Assembly: GCA_002269645.1 (NCBI GenBank)
Contig: NIVC01001737.1
Coordinates: 124,001-188,000 of the forward strand
DNA: 64,000 bases
From: Macrostomum lignano
Taxonomy: Eukaryota
Direction: 5' to 3'
The notes beneath the pieces were generated by a model. That model had not been told where the DNA came from and ran no database searches. It saw only the letters and a list, made by a program, of their open reading frames with translations. The position numbers and the translations under genes were made by a program. The first letter of the stretch is position 1. The number at the start of each line of letters is the position of its first letter. Shown in pieces: positions 37,414 to 49,814 of this stretch.

Positions 37414-38308
37414 TGTATAGTGCTCTACTTCCCACAAAAAGAATAAAAAGTGTTAATGTAGTTTATTCATAGAGTGCTACTGTAAGTAGACTAATGCAAA
37501 CATGCGCAGCGGAACTTAAAGCGTGAGTCAAGTTACTATATTAACGGAAACTATGAAACATGTTACTATGTATAACGAACAATGAATCACCTTACTATTT
37601 ATAATGCAAAAATTGTCATTTTAGTATTTATAATGCAAAGACGAGTCTTGTTACTATTTATACCAAAAAGATGAATCATGCTGCTATTTATATTTCGCAA
37701 AAGTTGCCTATAAATACAAGTGGTCCGAAGCGGACCGGAGCTACAACAGAGAACCTTCCCGAGGGAAGAAGAGCTCCAAAGAGGAAGTCGGCGAGGAACT
37801 TCCCCCAGACCAAGTCAACCGAGACTCGGCTGAGTTCTTGCGGTAAGCCTTACTCATTTGCGCCAGGTGTTTGAGTCGACTCAATATAATTGTTGTTGTC
37901 GAGTCTATTGAGACTCCATTGGTTGTAGTCTTCAGAATGACTACCCTGATAGTCATAAGAAGACTATCAGTGATTACCGGAGCTATACCTAGAGTGAATT
38001 AAGGCACTGCTAGAAGGAGGCTTATTTGAAACCGCAGGGATCCCCGTTGTTAATACGAAGCTTCTGATTGGTCCGAACGACAGATACCGGCCGGAAACTA
38101 CTTCATTGGAGGTAAAAAGGAACCTGGACCAGAACAACTAGATCAAGACGTCTGAATTGATTGAGATAGAGAACTACGCACCGGAGAGATCTAATGATCA
38201 GAACTCAAGGTAATAGATACCTTCATTTGATTACTGGGTTGCCAAGCAGTAGCTAGAAGTGATTGTTCCTTGATTACTAAGAAGGTCTTGGTAGTAAGGA
38301 ACACATCA
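37414..38308 (+). mobile_element. 895-bp TG...CA insertion with a 4-bp target-site duplication (TGAC); solo-LTR-like
   Basis: Removing the insert and one TGAC rebuilds an uninterrupted 17-bp tandem array; internal TATA box and hairpins; orientation inferred from the TATA box. Confidence 0.65.
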
Positions 38309-38382
38309 TGACTTGGGACTCGGAGTGACTTGGGACTCGGAGTGACTTGGGACTCGGAGTGACTTGGGACTCGGAGTGACTC
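38309..38382. repeat. 17-bp tandem repeat (gacttgggactcggagt), 4 copies next to a PDE donor site; a fifth unit lies at 37399-37413
   Basis: Read directly. Confidence 0.9.
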
Positions 38383-38384
38383 AC

Positions 38385-38689
38385 CTAACTTGAAAGTGCC
38401 TCTCCAGATCCGTGGCCAGAATGCACTTTTCAATGGTTTCTATGCAGCACTCGTACTGCGGCTGGGTGAGGGGCGACAGGATGTCACAGCCGGAAATGGA
38501 CAGCAGCATGATGCACTGGTTGAAGTGGTGCCGCTCCAGCATTGACGAGCTGTACAGCTGAGCCAGTGGCGACAGGGTCAGCTTCTGAAATTTGTTGTCG
38601 GTGCCTCGATGGTCCAAGTCGTGACAGAGGCAGGCGATCAGCAGAGCCATCTTGTCCAGCCGGTTCAGGGCTCTGAGCTCCGTTGAAGA
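38385..38689 (-). CDS. PDE5: PDE catalytic exon with the metal-binding HD motif (CHDLDHRGTDN...PLAQLY...LERHHF...ILATDL; phase 0 to 2)
   Basis: Class I PDE signature HDLDHRG; ctgcag acceptor, GTGAGT donor; 305 nt. Confidence 0.97.
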
Positions 38690-38749
38690 CTGCAGTGAAT
38701 TCAAATTGTCTTTGCTGATGTTGCATTCTTTCCGTGTGCTGTATCGGCC

Positions 38750-39400
38750 CTTCATCTCTCCCTTCCTTCATTTTGGCCTTCCTTCATCTCTGCCTCCCTT
38801 TATCTCTGCCTCCCTTCATCTCTGCCTCCCTTCATCTCTGCCTCCCTTCATCTCTGCCTCCCTTTATCTCTGCCTCCCTTCATCTCTGCCTCCCTTCATC
38901 TCTGCCTCCCTTCATCTCTGCCTTCCTTCATCTCTGCCTCCCTTCATTTTTGTCACACTTCATTTTTGCCTCCCTTCATCTCTGCCTCTCTTCATCTCTG
39001 CCTCCCTTCATCTCTGCCTCCCTTCATCTCTGCCTCCCTTCATCTCTGCCTCCCTTCATCTCTGCCTCCCTTCATCTCTGCCTCCCTTCATCTCTTCCTC
39101 CCTTCATTTCGGCCTTCCTTCATCTCTGCCTCCCTTCATTTCGGCCTTCCTTCATCTCTGCCTCCCTTCATTTTTGCCACACTTCATTTTTGCCTTCTTT
39201 CATATCTGCCTCCCTTCATCTCTGCCTCTCTTCATCTCTGCCTCCCTTCATCTCTGCCTCCCTTCATTTCTGCCTCCCTTCATCTCTGCCTCCCTTAATT
39301 TTTGCCACACTTCATTTCGGCCTTCCTTCATCTCTGCCTCTCTTCATCTCTGCCCCATTCATCTCTGCCTTCCCTTATCTCTCCCTCCATTCATCTCTCC
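38750..39400. repeat. Minisatellite, 16-bp unit (tcccttcatctctgcc)
   Basis: Unit read directly. Confidence 0.93.
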
Positions 39401-39502
39401 CTCCATTAATCTCTCCCTCCCTACCTCCCAGTATCCATCCGTCCTCATCCATTTACCGCCATCTAACTGGCAGTATGTTTTTCAAGCGAAGCGAGGCCTC
39501 AC

Positions 39503-39695
39503 CTTCAGCATAGCGTGCATAGTCTGTGTGACATTCAGTGCATGGCGCCAGTTATGGTAAGTGACACTGCGATAGTTGCGTTTGACCGACAGCAGCCATC
39601 GGCAAAAGCTGGTGTAGTCGATTTTGAAGGCTGAGAACGCTCCGGCGTCTTCGAACATTTTTATGGCGCAGATTAGAGTCTCGTCATCACTTAGG
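39503..39695 (-). CDS. PDE5: PDE catalytic exon (LSDDETLICAIKMF...RWLLSVKRNYRSVTYHNWRHALNVTQTMHAMLK; phase 2 to 0)
   Basis: YHNWRHA motif; translated by hand; tctcag acceptor, GTGAGG donor; 193 nt. Confidence 0.96.
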
Positions 39696-39774
39696 CTGAG
39701 AATGTTACAAAAAAAATTATGATGTACTTTTTCCTTATCGATCCTTAAAGGGATCCTTAATGATTCTTGCTATA

Positions 39775-39995
39775 AAGGTCCTTGAAAGTCCTAGGTCAGT
39801 CCTAGAGGTCCTTGACAGTCCTAGGTTATGGAGGTCTTTGCCGGTTCAGAGGTCCTTGAATGTCCTAGACTACAAATGACCTTGACTGCTTTAGGTTATG
39901 GAGATCCTTGCCAGTGCTAGATTCCAGAGGTCGTTGACAGTCCCAGATTACAGATGTTCTTGTCAGTGCTAGGCTATAAAAGTCCTCGACAGTCC
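39775..39995. repeat. Degenerate repeat (gaggtccttgacagtcctag-like)
   Basis: Several diverged copies visible. Confidence 0.6.
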
Positions 39996-40014
39996 GAAGC
40001 GACTCTGCACTCAC

Positions 40015-40358
40015 CCGATATCAGTGAAGGCGAAGTCGTTGAGCTTCAAGTACCGAGCCGACGGCACCAGGCATTTGGACAGTCGAATAGCGTCGTCCAA
40101 CTTCGCTACAGCGTGATAGCTCAGCACTTCGAGGGCGACTCGTTGGCGTTTCATGGCCACCTCGGCTTTCTCGTGCATGCGAGTGTTGTGAATGCCGAGA
40201 CCGCAGAACAGGGCGAAGGCCTCCGCCAGCTGTTGATCGCCTCGGGTGAACGAGCTGCCGTCAGGCTTGTTCATCAGGAGGCAGAGCCCGACCACTTGGG
40301 ATATTGCGTTCTTCACCGGGATGCAGAGCAGGGCCGTGATGCTGACTCGCTCCAGCTC
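40015..40358 (-). CDS. PDE5: PDE exon: end of GAF-B, linker helix and start of catalytic domain (phase 0 to 2)
   Basis: ELERVSITALLCIPVKN...NKPDGSSFTRGDQQLAEAFALFCGLGIHN...LEVLSYHA; cccag acceptor, GTGAGT donor; 344 nt. Confidence 0.95.
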
Positions 40359-40409
40359 CTGGGTTGTTTAGGGTGAAGATTGATGCTTAGCGAATCCAGC
40401 CTCTACGTG

Positions 40410-43400
40410 TCATTGGTTTGTGGGTCAAGGATCATGGGGTTTGTGGGTCAAGGATCATGGGGTTTGTGGGTCATGGATCATGGGGTTTGTGGGTCGAGGA
40501 TCATGGGGTTTGTGGGTCGAGGATCATGGGGTTTGTGGGTCAAGAATCATGGGGTTTGTGGGTCAAGGATATTGGGTTTGTGAGTCAAGAATCATGGGGT
40601 TTGTGGGTCAAGGATTGTTGAGTTGGTGGGTCAAGAATCATGGGGTTTGTGGGTCAAGGATTGTTGAGTTGGTGGGTCAAGAATCATGGGGTTTTGTGGG
40701 TCAAGGATCATGGGGTTTGTGGGTCATGGATCATGGGGTTTGTGGGTCAAGGATATTGGGGTTTTGTGGGTCAAGGATCAAGGGGTTTTTGGATCAAGGA
40801 TCATGGGGTTTGTGAGTCAAGAATCATGAGAATTGTGGGTCAAGAATCATGGGGTTTGCGGGTCAAGGATCGTTAAGTTGGTGGGTCAAGAATCATGGGG
40901 TCTGTGGGTCAAGGATATTGGGGTTTTGTGGGTCAAGGATCATGGGGTTTGTGGGTCAAGGATATTGGGGTTTTGTGGGTCAAGGATCAAGGGGTTTTTG
41001 GATCAAGGATCATGGGGTTTGTGAGTCAAGAATCGTTGAGTTGGTGGGTCAAGAATCATTGGGTTTGTGGGTCAAGGATCATGGGGTTTGTGAGTCAAGA
41101 ATCGTTGAGTTGGTGGGTCAAGAATCATGAAATTGTGGGTCAAGAATCATGGGGTTTGTGGGTCAAGGATCATGGGGTTTGTGAGTCAAGAATCGTTGAG
41201 TTGGTAGGTAAAGAATCATGGGGTTTGTGGGTCAAGGATCATGGGGTTCGTGAGTCAAGAATCATGGAAATTGTGGGTCAAGAGTCATGGGGTTTGTGGG
41301 TCAAGGATCGTTGAGTTGGTGGGTCAAGAATCATGGGGTTTGTGGGTCAAGGATCATGGGGTTTGTGAATAAAGGATATTGGGGTTTTTGGATCAAGGAT
41401 CATGGGGTTTGTGAGTCAAGAATCATGGGGTTTGTGGGTCAAGGATCATGGGGTTTGTGAGTCAAGAATCATGAAATTGTGGGTCAAGAATCATGGGGTT
41501 TGTGGGTCAAGGATTGTTGAGTTGGTGGGTCAAGAATCATGGGGTTTGTGGGTCAAGGATATTGGGGTTTTGTGGGTCAAGAATCATGGGGTTTGTGGGT
41601 CAAGGATATTGGGGTTTTGTGGGTCAAGGATCATGGGGTTTGTGGGTCAAGGATATTGGGGTTTTGTGGGTCAAGGATCATGAGGTTTTTGGATCAAGAA
41701 TCATGGGGTTTGTGAGTCAAGAATCGTTGAGTTGGTGGGTCAGGAATCATTGGGTTTGTGGGTCAAGGATCATGGGGTTCGTGAGTCAAGAATCATGGAA
41801 ATTGTGGGTCAAGAGTCATGGGGTTTGTGGGTCAAGGATCGTTGAGTTGGTGGGTCAAGAATCATGGGGTTTGTGGGTCAAGGATATTGGGGTTTTGTGG
41901 GTCAAGGATCATGGGGTTTGTGAGTCAAGAATCATGGGGTTTGTGGGTCAAGGATCATGGGGTTTGTGAGTCAAGAATCATGGAAATTGTGGGTCAAGAA
42001 TCATGGGGTTTGTGGGTCAAGGATTGTTGAGTTGGTGGGTCAAGAATCATGGGGTTTGTGGGTCAAGGATCATGGGGTTTGTGAATAAAGGATATTGGGG
42101 TTTTTGGATCAAGGATCATGGGGTTTGTGAGTCAAGAATCATGGGGTTTGTGGGTCAAGGATCATGGGGTTTGTGAGTCAAGAATCATGAAATTGTGGGT
42201 CAAGAATCATGGGGTTTGTGGGTCAAGGATTGTTGAGTTGGTGGTCAAGAATCATGGGGTTTGTGGGTCAAGGATATTGGGGTTTTGTGGGTCAAGAATC
42301 ATGGGGTTTGTGGGTCAAGGATATTGGGGTTTTGTGGGTCAAGGATCATGGGGTTTGTGGGTCAAGGATATTGGGGTTTTGTGGGTCAAGGATCATGAGG
42401 TTTTTGGATCAAGAATCATGGGGTTTGTGAGTCAAGAATCGTTGAGTTGGTGGGTCAGGAATCATTGGGTTTGTGGGTCAAGGATCATGGGGTTCGTGAG
42501 TCAAGAATCATGGAAATTGTGGGTCAAGAGTCATGGGGTTTGTGGGTCAAGGATCGTTGAGTTGGTGGGTCAAGAATCATGGGGTTTGTGGGTCAAGGAT
42601 ATTGGGGTTTTGTGGGTCAAGGATCATGGGGTTTGTGGATCAAGGATATTGGGGTTTTGTGGGTCAAGGATCATGGGGTTTTTGGATCAAGGATCATGGA
42701 GTTTGTGAGTCAAGAATCATGGGGTTTGTGAGTCAAGAATCATGGGGTTTGTGGGTCAAGGATCATGGGGTTTGTGAGTCAAGAATCATGGAAATTGTGG
42801 GTCAAGAATCATGGGGTTTGTGGGTCAAGGATTGTTGAGTTGGTGGGTCAAGAATCATGGGGTTTGTGGGTCAAGGATTGTTGAGTTGGTGGGTCAAGAA
42901 TCATGGGGTTTTGTGGGTCAAGAATCATGAGAATTGTGGGTCAAGGATCATGGGGTTTGTGGATCAAGGATATTGGGGTTTTGTGGGTCAAGGATCATGG
43001 GGTTTTTGGATCAAGGATCATGGAGTTTGTGAGTCAAGAATCATGGGGTTTGTGAGTCAAGAATCATGGGGTTTGTGGGTCAAGGATCATGGGGTTTGTG
43101 AGTCAAGAATCATGGAAATTGTGGGTCAAGAATCATGGGGTTTGTGGGTCAAGGATTGTTGAGTTGGTGGGTCAAGAATCATGGGGTTTGTGGGTCAAGG
43201 ATTGTTGAGTTGGTGGGTCAAGAATCATGGGGTTTTGTGGGTCAAGGATCATGGGGTTTGTGGGTCATGGATCATGGGGTTTGTGGGTCAAGGATATTGG
43301 GGTTTTGTGGGTCAAGGATCAAGGGGTTTTTGGATCAAGGATCATGGGGTTTGTGAGTCAAGAATCATGAGAATTGTGGGTCAAGAATCATGGGGTTTGC

Positions 43401-46400
43401 GGGTCAAGGATCGTTAAGTTGGTGGGTCAAGAATCATGGGGTCTGTGGGTCAAGGATATTGGGGTTTTGTGGGTCAAGGATCATGGGGTTTGTGGGTCAA
43501 GGATATTGGGGTTTTGTGGGTCAAGGATCAAGGGGTTTTTGGATCAAGGATCATGGGGTTTGTGAGTCAAGAATCGTTGAGTTGGTGGGTCAAGAATCAT
43601 TGGGTTTGTGGGTCAAGGATCATGGGGTTTGTGAGTCAAGAATCGTTGAGTTGGTGGGTCAAGAATCATGAAATTGTGGGTCAAGAATCATGGGGTTTGT
43701 GGGTCAAGAATCATGAAATTGTGGGTCAAGAATCGTTGAGTTGGTAGGTAAAGAATCATGGGGTTTGTGGGTCAAGGATCATGGGGTTCGTGAGTCAAGA
43801 ATCATGGAAATTGTGGGTCAAGAGTCATGGGGTTTGTGGGTCAAGGATCGTTGAGTTGGTGGGTCAAGAATCATGGGGTTTGTGGGTCAAGGATCATGGG
43901 GTTTGTGAATAAAGGATATTGGGGTTTTTGGATCAAGGATCATGGGGTTTGTGAGTCAAGAATCATGGGGTTTGTGGGTCAAGGATCATGGGGTTTGTGA
44001 GTCAAGAATCATGAAATTGTGGGTCAAGAATCATGGGGTTTGTGGGTCAAGGATTGTTGAGTTGGTGGGTCAAGAATCATGGGGTTTGTGGGTCAAGGAT
44101 ATTGGGGTTTTGTGGGTCAAGGATCATGGGGTTTGTGGGTCAAGGATATTGGGGTTTTGTGGGTCAATGATCATGGTGTTTGTGGGTCAAGGATATTGGG
44201 GTTTTGTGGGTCAAGGATCATGGGGTTTGTGAGTCAAGGATCACGGGGTTTGTGAGTCAAGAATCATGGAAATTGTGGGTCAAGGATCGTTGAGTTGGTG
44301 GGTCAAGAATCATTGGGTTTGTGGGTCAAGGATCATGGGGTTTGTGTGTCAAGAATCGTTGAGTTGGTGGGTCAAGAATCATGGTGTTTGTGGGTCAAGG
44401 ATCGTTGAGTTGGTGGGTCAAGAATCATGGGGTCTGTGGGTCAAGGATATTGGGGTTTTGTGGGTCAAGGATCATGGGGTTTGTGGGTCAAGGATATTGG
44501 GGTTTTGTGGGTCAAGGATCAAGGGGTTTTTGGATCAAGGATCATGGGGTTTGTGAGTCAAGAATCGTTGAGTTGGTGGGTCAAGAATCATTGGGTTTGT
44601 GGGTCAAGGATCATGGGGTTTGTGAGTCAAGAATCGTTGAGTTGGTGGGTCAAGAATCATGAAATTGTGGGTCAAGAATCATGGGGTTTGTGGGTCAAGG
44701 ATCATGGGGTTTGTGAGTCAAGAATCGTTGAGTTGGTAGGTAAAGAATCATGGGGTTTGTGGGTCAAGGATCATGGGGTTCGTGAGTCAAGAATCATGGA
44801 AATTGTGGGTCAAGAGTCATGGGGTTTGTGGGTCAAGGATCGTTGAGTTGGTGGGTCAAGAATCATGGGGTTTGTGGGTCAAGGATCATGGGGTTTGTGA
44901 ATAAAGGATATTGGGGTTTTTGGATCAAGGATCATGGGGTTTGTGAGTCAAGAATCATGGGGTTTGTGGGTCAAGGATCATGGGGTTTGTGAGTCAAGAA
45001 TCATGAAATTGTGGGTCAAGAATCATGGGGTTTGTGGGTCAAGGATTGTTGAGTTGGTGGGTCAAGAATCATGGGGTTTGTGGGTCAAGGATATTGGGGT
45101 TTTGTGGGTCAAGAATCATGGGGTTTGTGGGTCAAGGATATTGGGGTTTTGTGGGTCAAGGATCATGGGGTTTGTGGGTCAAGGATATTGGGGTTTTGTG
45201 GGTCAAGGATCATGAGGTTTTTGGATCAAGAATCATGGGGTTTGTGAGTCAAGAATCGTTGAGTTGGTGGGTCAGGAATCATTGGTTTGTGGGTCAAGGA
45301 TCATGGGGTTCGTGAGTCAAGAATCATGGAAATTGTGGGTCAAGAGTCATGGGGTTTGTGGGTCAAGGATCGTTGAGTTGGTGGGTCAAGAATCATGGGG
45401 TTTGTGGGTCAAGGATATTGGGGTTTTGTGGGTCAAGGATCATGGGGTTTGTGAGTCAAGAATCATGGGGTTTGTGGGTCAAGGATCATGGGGTTTGTGA
45501 GTCAAGAATCATGGAAATTGTGGGTCAAGAATCATGGGGTTTGTGGGTCAAGGATTGTTGAGTTGGTGGGTCAAGAATCATGGGGTTTGTGGGTCAAGGA
45601 TCATGGGGTTTGTGAATAAAGGATATTGGGTTTTTGGATCAAGGATCATGGGGTTTGTGAGTCAAGAATCATGGGGTTTGTGGGTCAAGGATCATGGGGT
45701 TTGTGAGTCAAGAATCATGAAATTGTGGGTCAAGAATCATGGGGTTTGTGGGTCAAGGATTGTTGAGTTGGTGGGTCAAGAATCATGGGGTTTGTGGGTC
45801 AAGGATATTGGGGTTTTGTGGGTCAAGAATCATGGGTTTGTGGGTCAAGGATATTGGGGTTTTGTGGGTCAAGGATCATGGGGTTTGTGGTCAAGGATAT
45901 TGGGGTTTTGTGGGTCAAGGATCATGAGGTTTTTGGATCAAGAATCATGGGGTTTGTGAGTCAAGAATCGTTGAGTTGGTGGGTCAGGAATCATTGGGTT
46001 TGTGGGTCAAGGATCATGGGGTTCGTGAGTCAAGAATCATGGAAATTGTGGGTCAAGAGTCATGGGGTTTGTGGGTCAAGGATCGTTGAGTTGGTGGTCA
46101 AGAATCATGGGTTTGTGGGTCAAGGATATTGGGGTTTTGTGGGTCAAGGATCATGGGGTTTGTGGATCAAGGATATTGGGGTTTTGTGGGTCAAGGATCA
46201 TGGGGTTTTTGGATCAAGGATCATGGAGTTTGTGAGTCAAGAATCATGGGGTTTGTGAGTCAAGAATCATGGGGTTTGTGGGTCAAGGATCATGGGTTTG
46301 TGAGTCAAGAATCATGGAAATTGTGGGTCAAGAATCATGGGGTTTGTGGGTCAAGGATTGTTGAGTTGGTGGTCAAGAATCATGGGGTTTGTGGGTCAAG

Positions 46401-47910
46401 GATTGTTGAGTTGGTGGTCAAGAATCATGGGGTTTTGTGGGTCAAGAATCATGAGAATTGTGGGTCAAGGATCATGGGGTTTGTGGATCAAGGATATTGG
46501 GGTTTTGTGGGTCAAGGATCATGGGTTTTTGGATCAAGGATCATGGAGTTTGTGAGTCAAGAATCATGGGGTTTGTGAGTCAAGAATCATGGGGTTTGTG
46601 GGTCAAGGATCATGGGGTTTGTGAGTCAAGAATCATGGAAATTGTGGGTCAAGAATCATGGGGTTTGTGGGTCAAGGATTGTTGAGTTGGTGGGTCAAGA
46701 ATCATGGGGTTTGTGGGTCAAGGATTGTTGAGTTGGTGGGTCAAGAATCATGGGGTTTTGTGGGTCAAGGATCATGGGGTTTGTGGGTCAAGGATATTGG
46801 GGTTTTGTGGGTCAATGATCATGGTGTTTGTGGGTCAAGGATATTGGGGTTTTGTGGGTCAAGGATCATGGGGTTTGTGAGTCAAGGATCACGGGGTTTG
46901 TGAGTCAAGAATCATGGAAATTGTGGGTCAAGGATCGTTGAGTTGGTGGGTCAAGAATCATTGGGTTTGTGGGTCAAGGATCATGGGGTTTGTGTGTCAA
47001 GAATCGTTGAGTTGGTGGGTCAAGAATCATGGTGTTTGTGGGTCAAGGATCGTTGAGTTGGTGGGTCAAGAATCATGGGGTTTGTGGGTCAAGAATCATG
47101 AGAATTGTGGGTCAAGGATCATGGGGTTTGTGGGTCAAGGATCGTTGAGTTTGTGGGTCAAGAAGCATGGGTTGGTGGGTCAAGAATCATGGGGTTTGTG
47201 GGTCAAGGATCATGGGGTTTTCGGGTCAAGGATATTGGGGTTTTGTGGGTCAAGGATCATGGGGTTTGTGAGTCAAGGATACTGGGGTTTGTGGGTCAAG
47301 GATCATGGGGTTTGTGAGTCCAGGATATTGGGGTTTGTGGGTCAAGGATCATGGGGTTTGTGGGTCAAGAATCATGGGGTTTGCGGGTCAAGGATCGTTG
47401 AGTTGGTGGGTCAAGAATCATGGGGTTTGTGGGTCAAGGATCGTTGAGTTGGTGGGTCAAGGATCATGGGGTTTGTGGGTCAAGGATTATGGGGTTTGTG
47501 GGTCAAGGATCATGGGGTTTGTGGGTCAAGAATCATGGAAATTGTGGGTCAAGGATCATGGGGTTTGTGGGTCAAGGATCATGGGGTTTGTGAGTCAAGA
47601 ATCATGAGAATTGTGGGTCAAGAATCATGGGGTTTGTGGGTCAAGGATCATGGGGTTTGTGAGTCAAGAATCATGGGGTTTATGGGTCAAGGATCATTGA
47701 GTTAGTGGGTCAAGGATCATGGGGTTTGTGAGTCAAGAATCATGAGAATTGTGGGTCAAGAATCATGGGGTTTGTGGGTCAAGGATCATGGGGTTTGTGA
47801 GTCAAGTATCATGGGGTTTATGGGTCAAGGATCATTGAGTTAGTGGGTCAAGAATCATGGGGTTTGTGGTTTAAGGATCATGGGGTTTTTGTATCAAGGA
47901 TCATGGGTTT
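40410..47910. repeat. ~7.5-kb complex minisatellite, 23-bp basic unit (tcatggggtttgtgggtcaagga) with higher-order duplications
   Basis: Unit read directly; identical ORF blocks recur at offsets of ~715, ~991 and ~2540 bp. Confidence 0.97.
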
Positions 47911-47966
47911 TCTGATTCAGGGACTTTGAGTTTGTGGGTCAGGGATATCGTCAGGTACTAACTCAC

Positions 47967-47984
47967 AGTTGAGTTGAGATACCA
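47967..47984 (-). CDS. PDE5: PDE 18-nt microexon (WYLNST), GAF-B
   Basis: ctag acceptor, GTGAGT donor, phase 0-0; restores alignment to PDE5 RFPWTTEN including the Trp. Confidence 0.7.
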
Positions 47985-48033
47985 CTAGCTTAATGGGATT
48001 ATTCGGAAAGAAATTCATAAAAAAACAAATTAC

Positions 48034-48075
48034 CGTAAGCCTGTCATCCTGAGAGGCATTTGGAATGTTCAGTGG
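48034..48075 (-). CDS. PDE5: PDE 42-nt exon (PLNIPNASQDDRLT), GAF-B
   Basis: Matches PDE5 PLNIPDVSKDKRF; tttcag acceptor, GTAATT donor. Confidence 0.9.
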
Positions 48076-48181
48076 CTGAAAAAACAGAAAATAAAATTTG
48101 TCGCATTTTATTTGTAACATTCTATTATTAATAGCATAGTGTCTTTATGCACTAAACGTTTTTCTCGGAAATTTTGCTCAC

Positions 48182-48230
48182 CTCGCCTGAGCTGCACACG
48201 AAACGAGCAATTTGGCTGTTTAGCAGAAGT
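48182..48230 (-). CDS. PDE5: PDE 49-nt exon (LLLNSQIARFVCSSGE), GAF-B (phase 2 to 0)
   Basis: ttacag acceptor, GTGAGC donor; the only candidate found that reconciles the phases of its neighbours; fits the GAF helix before LNIP. Confidence 0.85.
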
Positions 48231-48304
48231 CTGTAAGTTAATTGCAATTGCAACGTAAAATAATAATTAACTCCACTACATTCTACTGAATGTTTAATTA
48301 ACTG

Positions 48305-49045
48305 TGTTAGATGTCTACTAAACTGAATTATATATCTACTAAAGTCTACTAGATGTTTACTAAACTGTGTTAGCTATTTACTAAACTGTACTAGATATTT
48401 ACTAAACTGTACTAGATATCTACTAAACTGTACTAGATATCTACTAAACTGTACTAGATATCTAATAAAGTGTACTAGATATCTACTAAACTGTACTAGA
48501 TATCTACTAAACTGTACTAGATATCTACTAAACTGTACTAGATATCTAATAAAGTGTACTAGATATCTACTAAACTGTACTAGATATCTACTAAACTGTA
48601 CTAGATATCTACTAAACTGTACTAGATATCTACTAAACTGTACTAGATATCTAATAAAGTGTACTAGATATCTACTAAACTGTACTAGATATCTACTAAA
48701 CTGTACTAGATATTTACTAAACTGTACTAGATATCTAATAAAGTGTACTAGATATCTACTAAACTGTACTAGATATCTACCTAACTGTACTAGATATTTA
48801 CTAAACTGTACTAGATATTTACTAAACTGTACTAGATATCTACTAAACTGTACTAGATATCTACTAAACTGTACTAGATATTTACTAAACCGTACTAGAT
48901 ATCTACTAAACTGTACTAGATATTTACTAAACCGTACTAGATATCTACTAAACTGTACTAGATATTTACTAAACCGTACTAGATATCTACTAAACTGTAC
49001 TAGATATTTACTGAACTGGACTAGATATCTACTAAACTCTACTAT
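48305..49045. repeat. Minisatellite, 21-bp unit (tagatatctactaaactgtac) containing the 10-bp palindrome TAGATATCTA
   Basis: Unit read directly. Confidence 0.94.
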
Positions 49046-49126
49046 ATGTCTCTTTAGATAGTCCATAGATGTCTATTGGACTTTAAGTACATGCCTTTAG
49101 ATTCAATTAAAACAAACATTACTCAC

Positions 49127-49215
49127 CTGCACTCTTCTGAGGCGGTAAATCGAGCTTTGGAACCGTCAGTAGGGTCCTGGTCAGTCCACAACTCGTACAC
49201 CTGGTCGAACAGACC
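49127..49215 (-). CDS. PDE5: PDE exon (GLFDQVYELWTDQDPTDGSKARFTASEEC), GAF-B (phase 0 to 2)
   Basis: ttccag acceptor, GTGAGT donor; open frame; phases consistent with neighbours; 89 nt. Confidence 0.85.
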
Positions 49216-49814
49216 CTGGAAAGCAATTGTTAGAAACAACTATTTTAATAACAGAAATACCTGTATTTGATCTTATGGAATGGGAAGAATTGCAGAATGT
49301 CAACTAACACATGCCTATAAACAATCATAGTACTAAAATAAGTAGTGAGAAGTGACACTAATTAACTATGCTGTGAGTAATTGAGATTGGGAAACGAATT
49401 TAAAGTTTTTTTATAAGCATGCAAAATATCACTTTTAACCAGAACTTAGCCTGTTTGCACTGAATAAATTGCGACAAGTGTCTACTAATTAGTAGTGAAC
49501 TAGGTGTATTCGCCACTAGACTAAGTGAAGATGTTTGAGATCATAATCAAGGATCACTCTGCAATCTGAAGGTTCTCTCCTAAAGGAAGACGAAAGTTAT
49601 TTTTAAGCAACAATGAGTTTGCGAGCACAGGTTTACCTCATCCTGCCAGGGCTGAAAATATGATAAGTTTTGGTGGAATGTCTGAAACACTCTTTAGAAT
49701 TTTTTCATTTGCGGTTAGAAAATCGAGGGCAACAGAAGAGGGATCAAGGAGTCAATGAGACTAGAGAGGGGACTAACTAGAGAGAGGAAATTCAGAACTG
49801 CTTGTTTCAGGATC

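Noticed and set aside
37741-37956. Minus-strand ORF as an additional PDE exon
   Set aside because: Flanking exons (38385 and 37276) join in phase and align to PDE5 without a gap; the ORF lies inside the TG...CA insertion
40380-47705. Dozens of overlapping ORFs (GSRIMGFVGQ...)
   Set aside because: Products of the 23-bp array, antisense within a PDE intron
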